A DNA stretch of 63,801 nucleotides, filler included, from Stramenopiles sp. TOSAG23-6 (Eukaryota), in assembly GCA_900128565.1 (NCBI GenBank). It is 10 parts of 10 records of this genome, joined end to end, with 100 filler letters (N's around TTAATTAATTAA, not from the genome) between each part and the next. Parts side by side here need not be neighbours in the genome. Positions count along the whole stretch, not along the records: positions 38,821 to 48,352 come from LT636365.1; positions 48,453 to 57,951 come from LT636366.1; 8 more parts are not named here. The stretch is one strand, 5' to 3'. Every line of letters begins with the position of its first letter. Positions within the stretch are counted from its first letter, which is position 1. Under the pieces are notes generated by a model. It searched no databases. It was given only the letters and a program-made list of their open reading frames with translations, and was not told where the DNA came from. Made by a program: the position numbers and the translations under genes. Positions 45,837 through 54,554 of this stretch are shown here, one piece after another.

Positions 45837-47189
45837 TTACCATGCATCATCTTGTTCAGACTCTGACGTAGACGGAAATAACTCATCCACTGGTATTTCT
45901 TCATTATTGTCTTTTTTCTTCTTCTTCACACTTTTATTAGAGTTACTTTCAGGATATTTCATCTCTAATCTGGCCATATCATTAGCTATCTCCATAGCAC
46001 GACGCACTGCTTTAGGATCAACATCACCACCTACATCACCAATGGCGCTTATAACATCTTCATATACATGATCTTCCACTGTATCGTCACTATTCTCATC
46101 AATCTTGGTCTTTGGAGCCCGGGGAATTTCTATCGCAAACTTTGCAGTTGCTATAAGGTCTTGTACTTCCTTCATAGAAACATCAGCACTTTGACTTTCT
46201 CTCGGTGAAGCGCATCTTCCTATGATATCATGTACAGAGGTATCATCCTTCTCTATATCTTTATTATTGGATATATCACTCTTTCCTACTTCTTTACGAG
46301 GCAAAATTTCCTTTGCATGAGACAGTAAACTATTTGCTTCGTCATTGACTGCTTTAATATCAATGTTATTATTGGATATACTTGGACTCTCACCCATGCT
46401 GTTCAAATCATCTATACTATTCATTGGTTCGTTTTTGTCATGTTGATACTGATTCATATATTTATCAACTATATTTTGACTGCTACAGGTAGAGACGAAC
46501 TCATCCTCTTCACTACTTTCTACAGTTTTTGGCTCCAAGCGAGCAGCATCCAAAGCAGAAGACATCAAAGAATCCACCTGTAATTCTTGAGACCGAGGCT
46601 TTTCTCCTAAGCCAAGAAGCCATCGTTTACGTTCAATTAACAACTTTTCTCGGTCAGCTTTTTCCTCTGCTGTGACACCGCGCATACGATCAAGTCTACC
46701 TTGTATATCGTCTTCAGGAAGTGGACCGCTAGCTCGCAATTCGCTCAAACGAGACTCTAAAGATGCATCATTTACTTCTATTGTAACATCGCCACGAACT
46801 GGTGGTACTGGTAAGAGAGCAGCAAGTTGATCTTTAGTTGAGTTGGCCTTGTGCTGTGCAGCTGTTGCTTTCTTTAGAAATTCGTCACACTTTGTTTTGA
46901 GGAGTAATTTGGTATTTTTGTCCTCAAAAGTTGGAATTAAGCCCAGAAATATTTCTATTGCACCCATATATGCTTTAAAGGCTGCCGACCAATCACTATT
47001 TTTCTCTGCAATTATCGCATCTTTAGCGAGTTGAAATCCAGCATCCATTGTGATTCCAAAATTATCAATAGTTTTCTTCAAATTTTCGATTACTTTTCTT
47101 AATTTTTGTTTTTTCGTTGTTACCGGGATACCGTTTTTTTTTTTCGCTTCGTTTCGAATTCGCAGCCGAGAGAGAGCTTCGTGACTCAA
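45837..47189 (-). CDS. MIT-domain protein with acidic tail (start uncertain)
   Basis: GFQLAKDAIIAEKNSDWSAAFKAYMGAIEIFL...LLKTKCDEFLKKA (MIT-like); LESRLSELR and IQGRLDRMR MIM-like helices. Confidence 0.55.
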   Translation of the reverse strand: MSHEALSRLRIRNEAKKKNGIPVTTKKQKLRKVIENLKKTIDNFGITMDAGFQLAKDAIIAEKNSDWSAAFKAYMGAIEIFLGLIPTFEDKNTKLLLKTKCDEFLKKATAAQHKANSTKDQLAALLPVPPVRGDVTIEVNDASLESRLSELRASGPLPEDDIQGRLDRMRGVTAEEKADREKLLIERKRWLLGLGEKPRSQELQVDSLMSSALDAARLEPKTVESSEEDEFVSTCSSQNIVDKYMNQYQHDKNEPMNSIDDLNSMGESPSISNNNIDIKAVNDEANSLLSHAKEILPRKEVGKSDISNNKDIEKDDTSVHDIIGRCASPRESQSADVSMKEVQDLIATAKFAIEIPRAPKTKIDENSDDTVEDHVYEDVISAIGDVGGDVDPKAVRRAMEIANDMARLEMKYPESNSNKSVKKKKKDNNEEIPVDELFPSTSESEQDDAW

Positions 47190-47319
47190 TATTAAAAGCT
47201 CTGTACTATCTACCTCTTTCTGTACTTCTAAAAAGGGGTGGTCTGTATCTACATCCCTGTTTTTTCTTCCTTCACTTAGACTTACTTTTTAAGTCGTTTG
47301 GTTTTAGTAACTTGTTAAA

Positions 47320-48352
47320 ATGGTAGTCCTTAGCGTGGCAATCGTTACGAAAACTGGGCGCTTGCTCTTGTCTCGACAGTTCATGGATATGACTCGTATT
47401 CGCGTGGAAGGGCTCATGGCAGCTTTCCCAAAGTTGCTTGTCTCTGCTTCAACAAAGCAGCATACGTACTTTGAAACGAATGAGGTTCGTTATGTCTACC
47501 AACCGTTGGAAAATATGTATCTAGTGTTGTTAACTACAAAATCTAGTAATATTGTTGAGGATTTGGAAACATTACGACTCTTATCAAAAGTCGTACCAGA
47601 TACTTGTTTATCCGGTAATGTTTGGCTGAATGAGGAGGTCATTGGCCAGAACGCGTTCGAACTTATATTTGCGATTGATGAGGTTGTTACTTTTGGTGGT
47701 CATCGAATTCAAATAACGTTGCATCAAATAAGAAAAAATTTACTCATGGAATCTCAACAAGAGATGGCTTACGAAGAAGCCCTTGCTGCTAAAGAAGATG
47801 ACGCCCGTGAAGAGTCAAGGAGAAAGGCGGAAACAATAAAACAACGTAAGCTCGATGCAATGGTCCGTAATCAGGGAAGAAGTTCTCCAATGAAAGGTTT
47901 TGGAGGTGGCTTTGGTAACTCAAACAGTAGTGATGGATTCGGTAAGGAAAGTTCTTCAATTAATCGACAAGTTATTCCAAATTACCCTTCGAGAAGCCAA
48001 GCTTTTGAATCTGATGATGAAGAAGAGTATAAACCAAGAAAATCTCGTAAAGGACTTTCACTTGGGAAAAAGAACAAGAAGACCAATTCAGCACTTAAAG
48101 CGTTAGCCGCAGAAGAGGTACGTTTTTATCCTGAATTTTTTACGTAAATTTGTTTTGTACTACATTGTACTACATTTCATACATAACGTTATTTTTTTTA
48201 CTATTTTTACAATACAGGGAATTAATCTTGATCAATCTAAGCCGATGCGTGGGAGAGGAAGTGTAAAGAAAGAACAAATTATTGTCGAAAATGTCAACAA
48301 GGGTGACGTAGAAATTTCCGTGCATGAGAAAATTAGGGTCGCGTGCAACCGT
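47320..48352 (+). CDS. ARCN1: Coatomer subunit delta, partial; family intron 48118-48217 with GT-AG ends
   Basis: MVVLSVAIVTKTGRLLLSRQFMDMTRIRVEGLMAAFPKL...QHTYFETNEVRYVYQPLE...SNIVEDLETLRLL. Confidence 0.93.
48118..48217 (+). mobile_element. Degenerate family intron ending aatacAG (canonical register), with AG duplicated
   Basis: gag|GTACGT...aatacAG|gga att; fixes the register shared with the aatacAT copies. Confidence 0.75.
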
Positions 48353-48505
48353 NNNNNNNNNNNNNNNNNNNNNNNNNNNNNNNNNNNNNNNNNNNNTTAA
48401 TTAATTAANNNNNNNNNNNNNNNNNNNNNNNNNNNNNNNNNNNNNNNNNNNNTTTTGTACCTAACAAATTTTAGTTTTTTTTTGAAATATTTTTCCAAAA
48501 TACAT

Positions 48506-48800
48506 CTATGATTTGCTAAGTAACTCGAGTGGTCTTCCACCATCTGACTCGGATCCTTATTGTGAATTGGAGGTACTCGATTTGTTTTTGCAACATTTAC
48601 AACATAAACTTGATGGCATAATGCCTCCTAGTAAAGATATCTCCAGTTTATTTGGAAATAAAAAATCTGCTGCAATATATCGACAAGGACAGAGAAATAT
48701 TTTAGAAAAGGCTATTGAAGCTGTATATATATCTCAAAATCAATGGCAGGATCGGTATTCAAATGAATTAGACAAACTTGATGTACATCTAGACAAATAA
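48506..48800 (+). CDS. Terminal exon resembling the Rubisco-LSMT substrate-binding tail of SET-domain methyltransferases
   Basis: ELEVLDLFLQHLQHKL...AAIYRQGQRNILEKAI; follows aatacAT at 48505. Confidence 0.5.
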
Positions 48801-48965
48801 ATGAAAAAAAGCAATCAAAAGTCTCTTTATTGTTATTTCGAATATAAAAATACTTTATGTAGTACTTATAGCTAATTGAGATTATTCACAGATTGCAGCT
48901 TACTTTCATAAACCAAAACAAAAAAAACTACCCTAAAAAGCCGCAAGCAACACAAATAATCCATT

Positions 48966-51281
48966 TTACTCTTTATCTTCATCAAGCAATAATACTGAAT
49001 GCTGACCACCGGCACCAATCATTAATACATCACCCGAAATACCATTTACCAATCGAGGTAATTTTTCATCAGATTCTCGTCCATGTATTTTGGAAAAATA
49101 TTTCAAAAAAAAAAAAANTGTTNGGNACAAAANTTCGTATGAAAAATAAATTCGAAATTGAAAAAAAATAAAATATACATGGCCTAGTTGTCCCATATCT
49201 CCAAAACCCCAAGTATACACCGCACCATCTGTAGTTAATGCCATCGAGTGATTTGCACCACACGCAATAGCCTTTGATCGAATAGATGACTCACCAATAT
49301 TTACTATTATTGGATTAGGTTGTCCATATTTCAAAACATTTAGAGGCGACAAACCCAATTGACCACTATCTCCACGTCCAAACGAAAACACTGTACCATC
49401 TGCAGTCAAGGCTAGTGAATGATGAACACCTCCATCAAATGCAACAGCTTTGCCATGTAAAGCCACATCAGGTAATGCAACATGAGCAGGCATAATTTGT
49501 GGAGAATTCTTATTACCAAGACCTAGTTGACCATAATTATTGAGACCCCAAGCATACGCTCGACCACTTCGCATAATCACAAAAGTTCGATAACCACAAC
49601 AAAATACGCGATGTACTTTTCGATCTTGCATCTCACATTTTGCTATTTCTTTTTTTGACATTGTTTTATTTCGCTCTTTATTAGCTAATTTATCTGATTC
49701 ACTTTCAACTCTCTTCCGAAATCCAACTCGATATGGAGCTAGACCATTTTGTTTGTGTCTCTCACTAACTTTCCGAGCTAACTGTCCATGTTCACCATCC
49801 CCCCACACGGCAAGATTGCCTTCTTCATCTAGAGCACACGTATGATGTGCCCCACTAGACACTTGAATGATATGATTATTCATACAAGCGTCTTCTAAAG
49901 GCATTCTTATAGGTCGTGATTGCTTTTCATACTTATCCATCTGATTTTTTTTAAAGCCAATATATCCATTACTATCTTTATACGTACCCCAAGTCCATAC
50001 ATCACCACTAGCCGTCAAAACAACTGTATGACAATCTCCACACTCAACTTGAACGACTATACGTCCTTTGAGACCACCACCGACAATACCAGGAACAGAT
50101 TCTCCACCTGGATACACATTATATTTACGATATAAACGTAAGTAAAGTTCATCAATGTGACCACCTATCTTATATTTTTCAACAATTTTAGTGATTTTCT
50201 TCAAATCTGCTTTTTCAGGAGCAAATTCCGAATAAAATGCCATTAAACGTTGTATAGGATCGCCATTTGAATCACGACCAAGTGCCTCATCATCATTACA
50301 ACCCCAAGTATAGAGTACCCCATGTGCAGAAACAGCAGCGCTATGTATTATGAAAAATATTTTTTTAGTAAAAAGAAATGTTAGGTATGGNGTTTTCATT
50401 AAAAAAAAAAAAAAAAATTGATGATGAAAACGTACATGTAATCCGCCAGCAGCAACATAAGCTATTTTAGAATCATTTTTGTCAAAATATGAAGTTAAAA
50501 CCTGACGAGGTGTTAGTTCTGCCATTGAACCATCTTCGTGGAGAGACTTGCCGTGACCTAATTGGTCACAGTCACCACTACCCCAAGAATATACGGAACC
50601 AGAATGAACAGCAGCACCCAAGTCCACAAATTTCTCATCATTTGTTTTTTTCATTTTTGTAGTCACTTCACTAGAGCTACACTCACTAGCATTATTACTT
50701 GAATCGATTTGTTTTTTATCTACTTTTCGTCGTTTTTTTGACCTTGGGACAGCAGAAGGTAACACAAAATCAACGTCAAATGAGCGTTTTTTTGTAACAT
50801 TGGAAGCCTCATTTTCTTTTTTGTCAGTTGAAGTAGTAGCTGCATTAAAAACTACAGAAGAACCCCCGAAAGACATTGTCCCACCTGCACCAAGAGTGAA
50901 ACCCCCACTTGAAGCAGTAGTTGTTACGTTAGCAGAGGAATCAAAAGAAAAGCCACCAGTCGTTGCTGTTGTGGTGGCATCAGTAGAGCCGAAAGTAAAT
51001 CCAGCAGTTGAGTTACCATTATTCTGAATTTGAGCACTCCCACCAAACGTGAATGCACCACTATTTTGTGAAGTAGTATCTCCTCCACCAAAGTTGAAGG
51101 AAGTCCCACTGGTGGTAGTTTTTGCATCTGCAGAAACAGTGCTTTTATAACCTTGGCGTTCTGCTCCGCAGCTTATACATTTAATACGCTTTGCGTCTCT
51201 ATTTATAGTATTACAAACATGGCATTGCCAGTCACCTTTTTTGCGACCAAATTTAGCGAGGACCTCAGCACTCCACCCCAT
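48966..51281 (-). CDS. RCC1: RCC1 (RanGEF-like) with N-terminal RanBP2-type zinc finger and FG repeats; GT-AT introns 50435-50343 and 49178-49083
   Basis: GDWQCHVCNTINRDAKRIKCISC; FNFGG/FTFGG/FTFGS repeats; RCC1 blades WGSGDCDQLG, WGCNDDEALGR, WGTYKDSNG and WGLNNYGQLG. Confidence 0.85.
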   Translation of the reverse strand: MGWSAEVLAKFGRKKGDWQCHVCNTINRDAKRIKCISCGAERQGYKSTVSADAKTTTSGTSFNFGGGDTTSQNSGAFTFGGSAQIQNNGNSTAGFTFGSTDATTTATTGGFSFDSSANVTTTASSGGFTLGAGGTMSFGGSSVVFNAATTSTDKKENEASNVTKKRSFDVDFVLPSAVPRSKKRRKVDKKQIDSSNNASECSSSEVTTKMKKTNDEKFVDLGAAVHSGSVYSWGSGDCDQLGHGKSLHEDGSMAELTPRQVLTSYFDKNDSKIAYVAAGGLHVRFHHQFFFFFLMKXPYLTFLFTKKIFFIIHSAAVSAHGVLYTWGCNDDEALGRDSNGDPIQRLMAFYSEFAPEKADLKKITKIVEKYKIGGHIDELYLRLYRKYNVYPGGESVPGIVGGGLKGRIVVQVECGDCHTVVLTASGDVWTWGTYKDSNGYIGFKKNQMDKYEKQSRPIRMPLEDACMNNHIIQVSSGAHHTCALDEEGNLAVWGDGEHGQLARKVSERHKQNGLAPYRVGFRKRVESESDKLANKERNKTMSKKEIAKCEMQDRKVHRVFCCGYRTFVIMRSGRAYAWGLNNYGQLGLGNKNSPQIMPAHVALPDVALHGKAVAFDGGVHHSLALTADGTVFSFGRGDSGQLGLSPLNVLKYGQPNPIIVNIGESSIRSKAIACGANHSMALTTDGAVYTWGFGDMGQLGHVYFIFFQFRIYFSYEXLXXTXFFFLKYFSKIHGRESDEKLPRLVNGISGDVLMIGAGGQHSVLLLDEDKE
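49083..49178 (-). mobile_element. GT-AT intron, 96 nt (in frame, hidden inside the ORF)
   Basis: ggc cat|GTATAT...aatacAT|gga cga restores GQLGH|G; contains a few N bases. Confidence 0.85.
50343..50435 (-). mobile_element. GT-AT intron, 93 nt (in frame, hidden inside the ORF)
   Basis: tta cat|GTACGT...atacctaac...aatacAT|agc gct restores VAAGGLH|SAAVS; the AG 2 nt downstream would frameshift. Confidence 0.9.
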
Positions 51282-51545
51282 TGACTTGATTTGGGAAATG
51301 TAGCTCGCGACAGCTAGCAAATTGCAGTAAAGGATCGACGATAACAACTAGGAAAAAAAAAAAGGATGATGTCGCGCGCGAATTTTGACTAACCCTAACC
51401 CTAGCTTAAAATAATAATATGTGGCCACCACCACTGGCCAACACACAAGTCTTCAAGTGAATTGATTGACGAACGCACACACAAAAAAGTTTTTTTTCCT
51501 ATTATTGATATCAAGCGCAGCTATTGTTGAAGCGAATAGAAGTTC

Positions 51546-52230
51546 ATGCGTATAACTTATTTTTTGGCACTTTCATTGTTGCCAAAAGTAATTGCAGATG
51601 AGTTTGATGAATTGAAGTCTCCCAAAGAAAATCCCTTAGAAGAAAGAGAAACTTTATTTCAGATTGAGCATTCACTTGATGGAGACACTTTTGTCAGTAG
51701 AGGTAACTTTTTGGTTGTGGCTACAAATGAAAATGCCATTATAAAGTTTGATAAACCTCACATGATGCAACAAAAAGAACTTCGTCAGTTTGAGCAGCTT
51801 GTTTTCCATCAAAGCTTGTCAGTTGCAGATGGCTCGTTTTACAGAACAGATTTCATTCCACCTCGACGCAAATAGCCACATAGCAAGTATTGAGTATTCA
51901 AATCCATATTTAGGAGAGTGTGATGAAACGAATATGTCACGAGTTCGTTTGCCTAAAAAGAAGAGTGTGAAAATGCGATCCTCTGGAGTGTCACTGTTAC
52001 CTATTGAGGCTCATAGTTTACCACATATTGTGAAAGGAAATATTTTTGTAAAATCATCTGGTATTGATGGTAAAGCTGGGAAAAAGGCAGAAGAAGCTGC
52101 AAAACAAAGTCCTAGTTTTTTGAGAAAATATTGGTATATTTTTGTACCTATGGGCATTCTTTTTGTCCTCAGTAACGCAGTAGATCCGGAGGCACTTGCT
52201 GAAGCTCAAGCGAAAGCGAAGCAAAGTTAA
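51546..52230 (+). CDS. EMC10: ER membrane protein complex subunit 10-like, split by an apparent frameshift or deletion near 51790-51875
   Basis: Signal peptide, IEHSLDGDTFVSRG, ISFHLDANSHIASIEY and C-terminal SFLRKYWYIFVP. Confidence 0.65.
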
Positions 52231-52314
52231 TCTAAACAATAAAAATCTTAGTGATAAAATTCTAAGTGATAAAATTTACATGCTAAAAAAGATACTTTAT
52301 TATTTAAAGTTAAG

Positions 52315-53634
52315 CTAATTGCTCATAACTACTACTTTGTTTTCATTTGTTTCGGTATTACTAGTGTTACTAGTCTCTTCTCTATCTTCATTATCTATAG
52401 ATTCTTCATTATTATACACACAAACAAATCCTGTAACAATTAATACAGCGCCAATTACTTTACACCATAAAAAATCCTTGACGAACGACTTGTTGATAAT
52501 CGCGTCAATCACAAGAGGAGCTGGAATTGTCAGAGATATACCTAATGTTGCGATTGTCGGAGATGTGAGTAACATTGAACGCGCCCAAAAGTAATCCGCA
52601 ATCGCGTTGTTGAAAATGGCACCTCCAATAATTATACCTACAATTTTGAAGGTGAGGAAACTATAATCTTCCCATCCAGCGTAATGAAATGGGATAAAAC
52701 CTATACTGAATATAATAATATTAATCACACCGACAAAGCCAAAAAACAATCCTGTTTCAGCATCTTTGTCTTCTGGAAGCATGTATGTCATCAAGTTACA
52801 GTATACCGCATATAGAAGCGCAGAGAGTACAGCAACTAAATCACCAATAGTAGTTGATTTGCTTCCCTTATTGTCTTTAATCATGTATGGAACAAGAGCA
52901 ACTAAAATTGCACCCCCTAGATTGAGTAATACACCAAAAAACTTTTTCTTATTCAACTTTTCAGCACCCATAAATACTGCAAGAAGACATGTGAATAAAC
53001 CTGAAGTAGTACATAGAAGAGTACTGGAGGAGACACTCGTCAAAGATAAACTTAAGTTATAAGCAAAGTTTGCAGAAAACCAAAATGGTGCTACCACGCA
53101 AGCTGCTTTAAATGCTTGCATAATAGCTTGTTTTTTCTTTTTATCCGCGGTACTACTTGGTGGTGTAGTTGGTACATTTTCTGATATATACTGACCATTA
53201 TCTGGATTCGTTACTTCGTTTGCAGCGTTGAATGCGGTATATGAAGAACGACGAGCTTTCACCTTTGACCGTCGTTTTTGGATATACCTGATAAAGTAAA
53301 TGAAAGGTATGTTCAGAGCGAACGTCGACGTCTGTAACCACGTCAAAAAGTATGGAGTGTTACTTTCCGTATACACAAATACGGTAAGATAACTACAACC
53401 ATTCCATATTACAATGACCCAAAATAGAAAGAAAATACCAAGCAACATATCTGACTTCTTTTTCGACTTTACATCAATTTCTTCCGTGGTAGAACATGTC
53501 GCAAGTTCAGGAACTATAGGATATGCCGCACCAACTTCTAAACTAGCTTCATTTTTTGGATATGTCATATCAGTGTTTTCTGTACTCACTTTTGCACGTG
53601 TATCTATTTGAAGTCCCACTTCCATCATTTGCAT
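52315..53634 (-). CDS. DMT/EamA superfamily transporter, SLC35F5-like
   Basis: PYFLTW, WFSANFAYNLSLSLTSVSSSTLLCTTSGLFT, GDLVAVLSALLYAVY and DYFWARSMLLTSPTIATLGISLTIP. Confidence 0.85.
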   Translation of the reverse strand: MQMMEVGLQIDTRAKVSTENTDMTYPKNEASLEVGAAYPIVPELATCSTTEEIDVKSKKKSDMLLGIFFLFWVIVIWNGCSYLTVFVYTESNTPYFLTWLQTSTFALNIPFIYFIRYIQKRRSKVKARRSSYTAFNAANEVTNPDNGQYISENVPTTPPSSTADKKKKQAIMQAFKAACVVAPFWFSANFAYNLSLSLTSVSSSTLLCTTSGLFTCLLAVFMGAEKLNKKKFFGVLLNLGGAILVALVPYMIKDNKGSKSTTIGDLVAVLSALLYAVYCNLMTYMLPEDKDAETGLFFGFVGVINIIIFSIGFIPFHYAGWEDYSFLTFKIVGIIIGGAIFNNAIADYFWARSMLLTSPTIATLGISLTIPAPLVIDAIINKSFVKDFLWCKVIGAVLIVTGFVCVYNNEESIDNEDREETSNTSNTETNENKVVVMSN

Positions 53635-53860
53635 GGCACGGTAGAGTGAGTTCTGTCTGATTACTATTTGTTTTACGAACGCGCATGAGCACAGAAAAAA
53701 TAGTACAACTGACTGACTTTATGAAGAAAGACAGCAGGTTTGTCAGCAGCTTTTCGTTTTGATTTGACATTTTTTTCACAGAAGAACATCTGATCGCGAT
53801 CATCGTTTTTAACCAACAAAGGTTTATATCAAACACACATGGAAAACTATTTTGATATTC

Positions 53861-54520
53861 ATGTCTAATTTTGCAAATAGAATAGTTTCTTCATTACATC
53901 GTCAGTCATTTGTAAGGAATATTAGTATGACAAAAGCACGCCGAAAAATAAAAGTATATACTAAAACTGGAGACGCAGGTGAGTCTAGTCTGTACAACAT
54001 GGAACGTCTACCTAAAGTTGACCAGTGTTTTTGTGCGCTTGGGGACGCAGATGAACTTAATGCCCATGTTGGGCTAGCACGGGAGCATTGTATCGCGAGT
54101 AAAATAGATTTGGAAGAGAAGCTTGCTGAAATTCAAAGTCGGTTGTTGGATGTTGGCTCAGCAATTGCAACTCCACTTGATACATCAACAGAGACACAAC
54201 TAAAACGGGCTGCTTTTCGTGGAGAGGAACACACAGCCACCCTTGAAGAATGGATAGATACACTTGATAAGGAACTTCCACCCCTGAAAAATTTTATATT
54301 GCCTGGTGGAGGTTTTGCTGCTGCACAGCTACATGTAGCACGAACGGTGTGTCGTCGTGCTGAGCGNCGCGTAGTAGGCTTAGTCAATGAAGGTCGCACT
54401 CCTGCAAGTGTTCGAATATACTTGAATAGACTTAGTGATTTCTTTTTTGTTGCTGCGAGATATGCTACCCAGATTTCAGGTCATCATGAGGTTGTGTATA
54501 AAAAAATAAGACAAAAATAG
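53861..54520 (+). CDS. MMAB: PduO-type ATP:cob(I)alamin adenosyltransferase with a mitochondrial-type presequence
   Basis: KVYTKTGDAGESSL, GDADELNA, FILPGG, LHVARTVCRRAE and YLNRLSDFFFVAAR. Confidence 0.93.
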   Translation: MSNFANRIVSSLHRQSFVRNISMTKARRKIKVYTKTGDAGESSLYNMERLPKVDQCFCALGDADELNAHVGLAREHCIASKIDLEEKLAEIQSRLLDVGSAIATPLDTSTETQLKRAAFRGEEHTATLEEWIDTLDKELPPLKNFILPGGGFAAAQLHVARTVCRRAEXRVVGLVNEGRTPASVRIYLNRLSDFFFVAARYATQISGHHEVVYKKIRQK

Positions 54521-54554
54521 CGTTGATTTCTTTTATTTTTCTTTGGTTTAAAAA

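Noticed and set aside
50341-50437. Reading the elements as U12-type AT-AC introns (AT GTAC...AATAC)
   Set aside because: Where AT is duplicated this gives the same mRNA, but many copies lack an upstream AT and there is no ATATCCTT 5' site. AG-ending relatives and the Prx6 motif favour the GT-start register. Only lariat data can exclude it fully.
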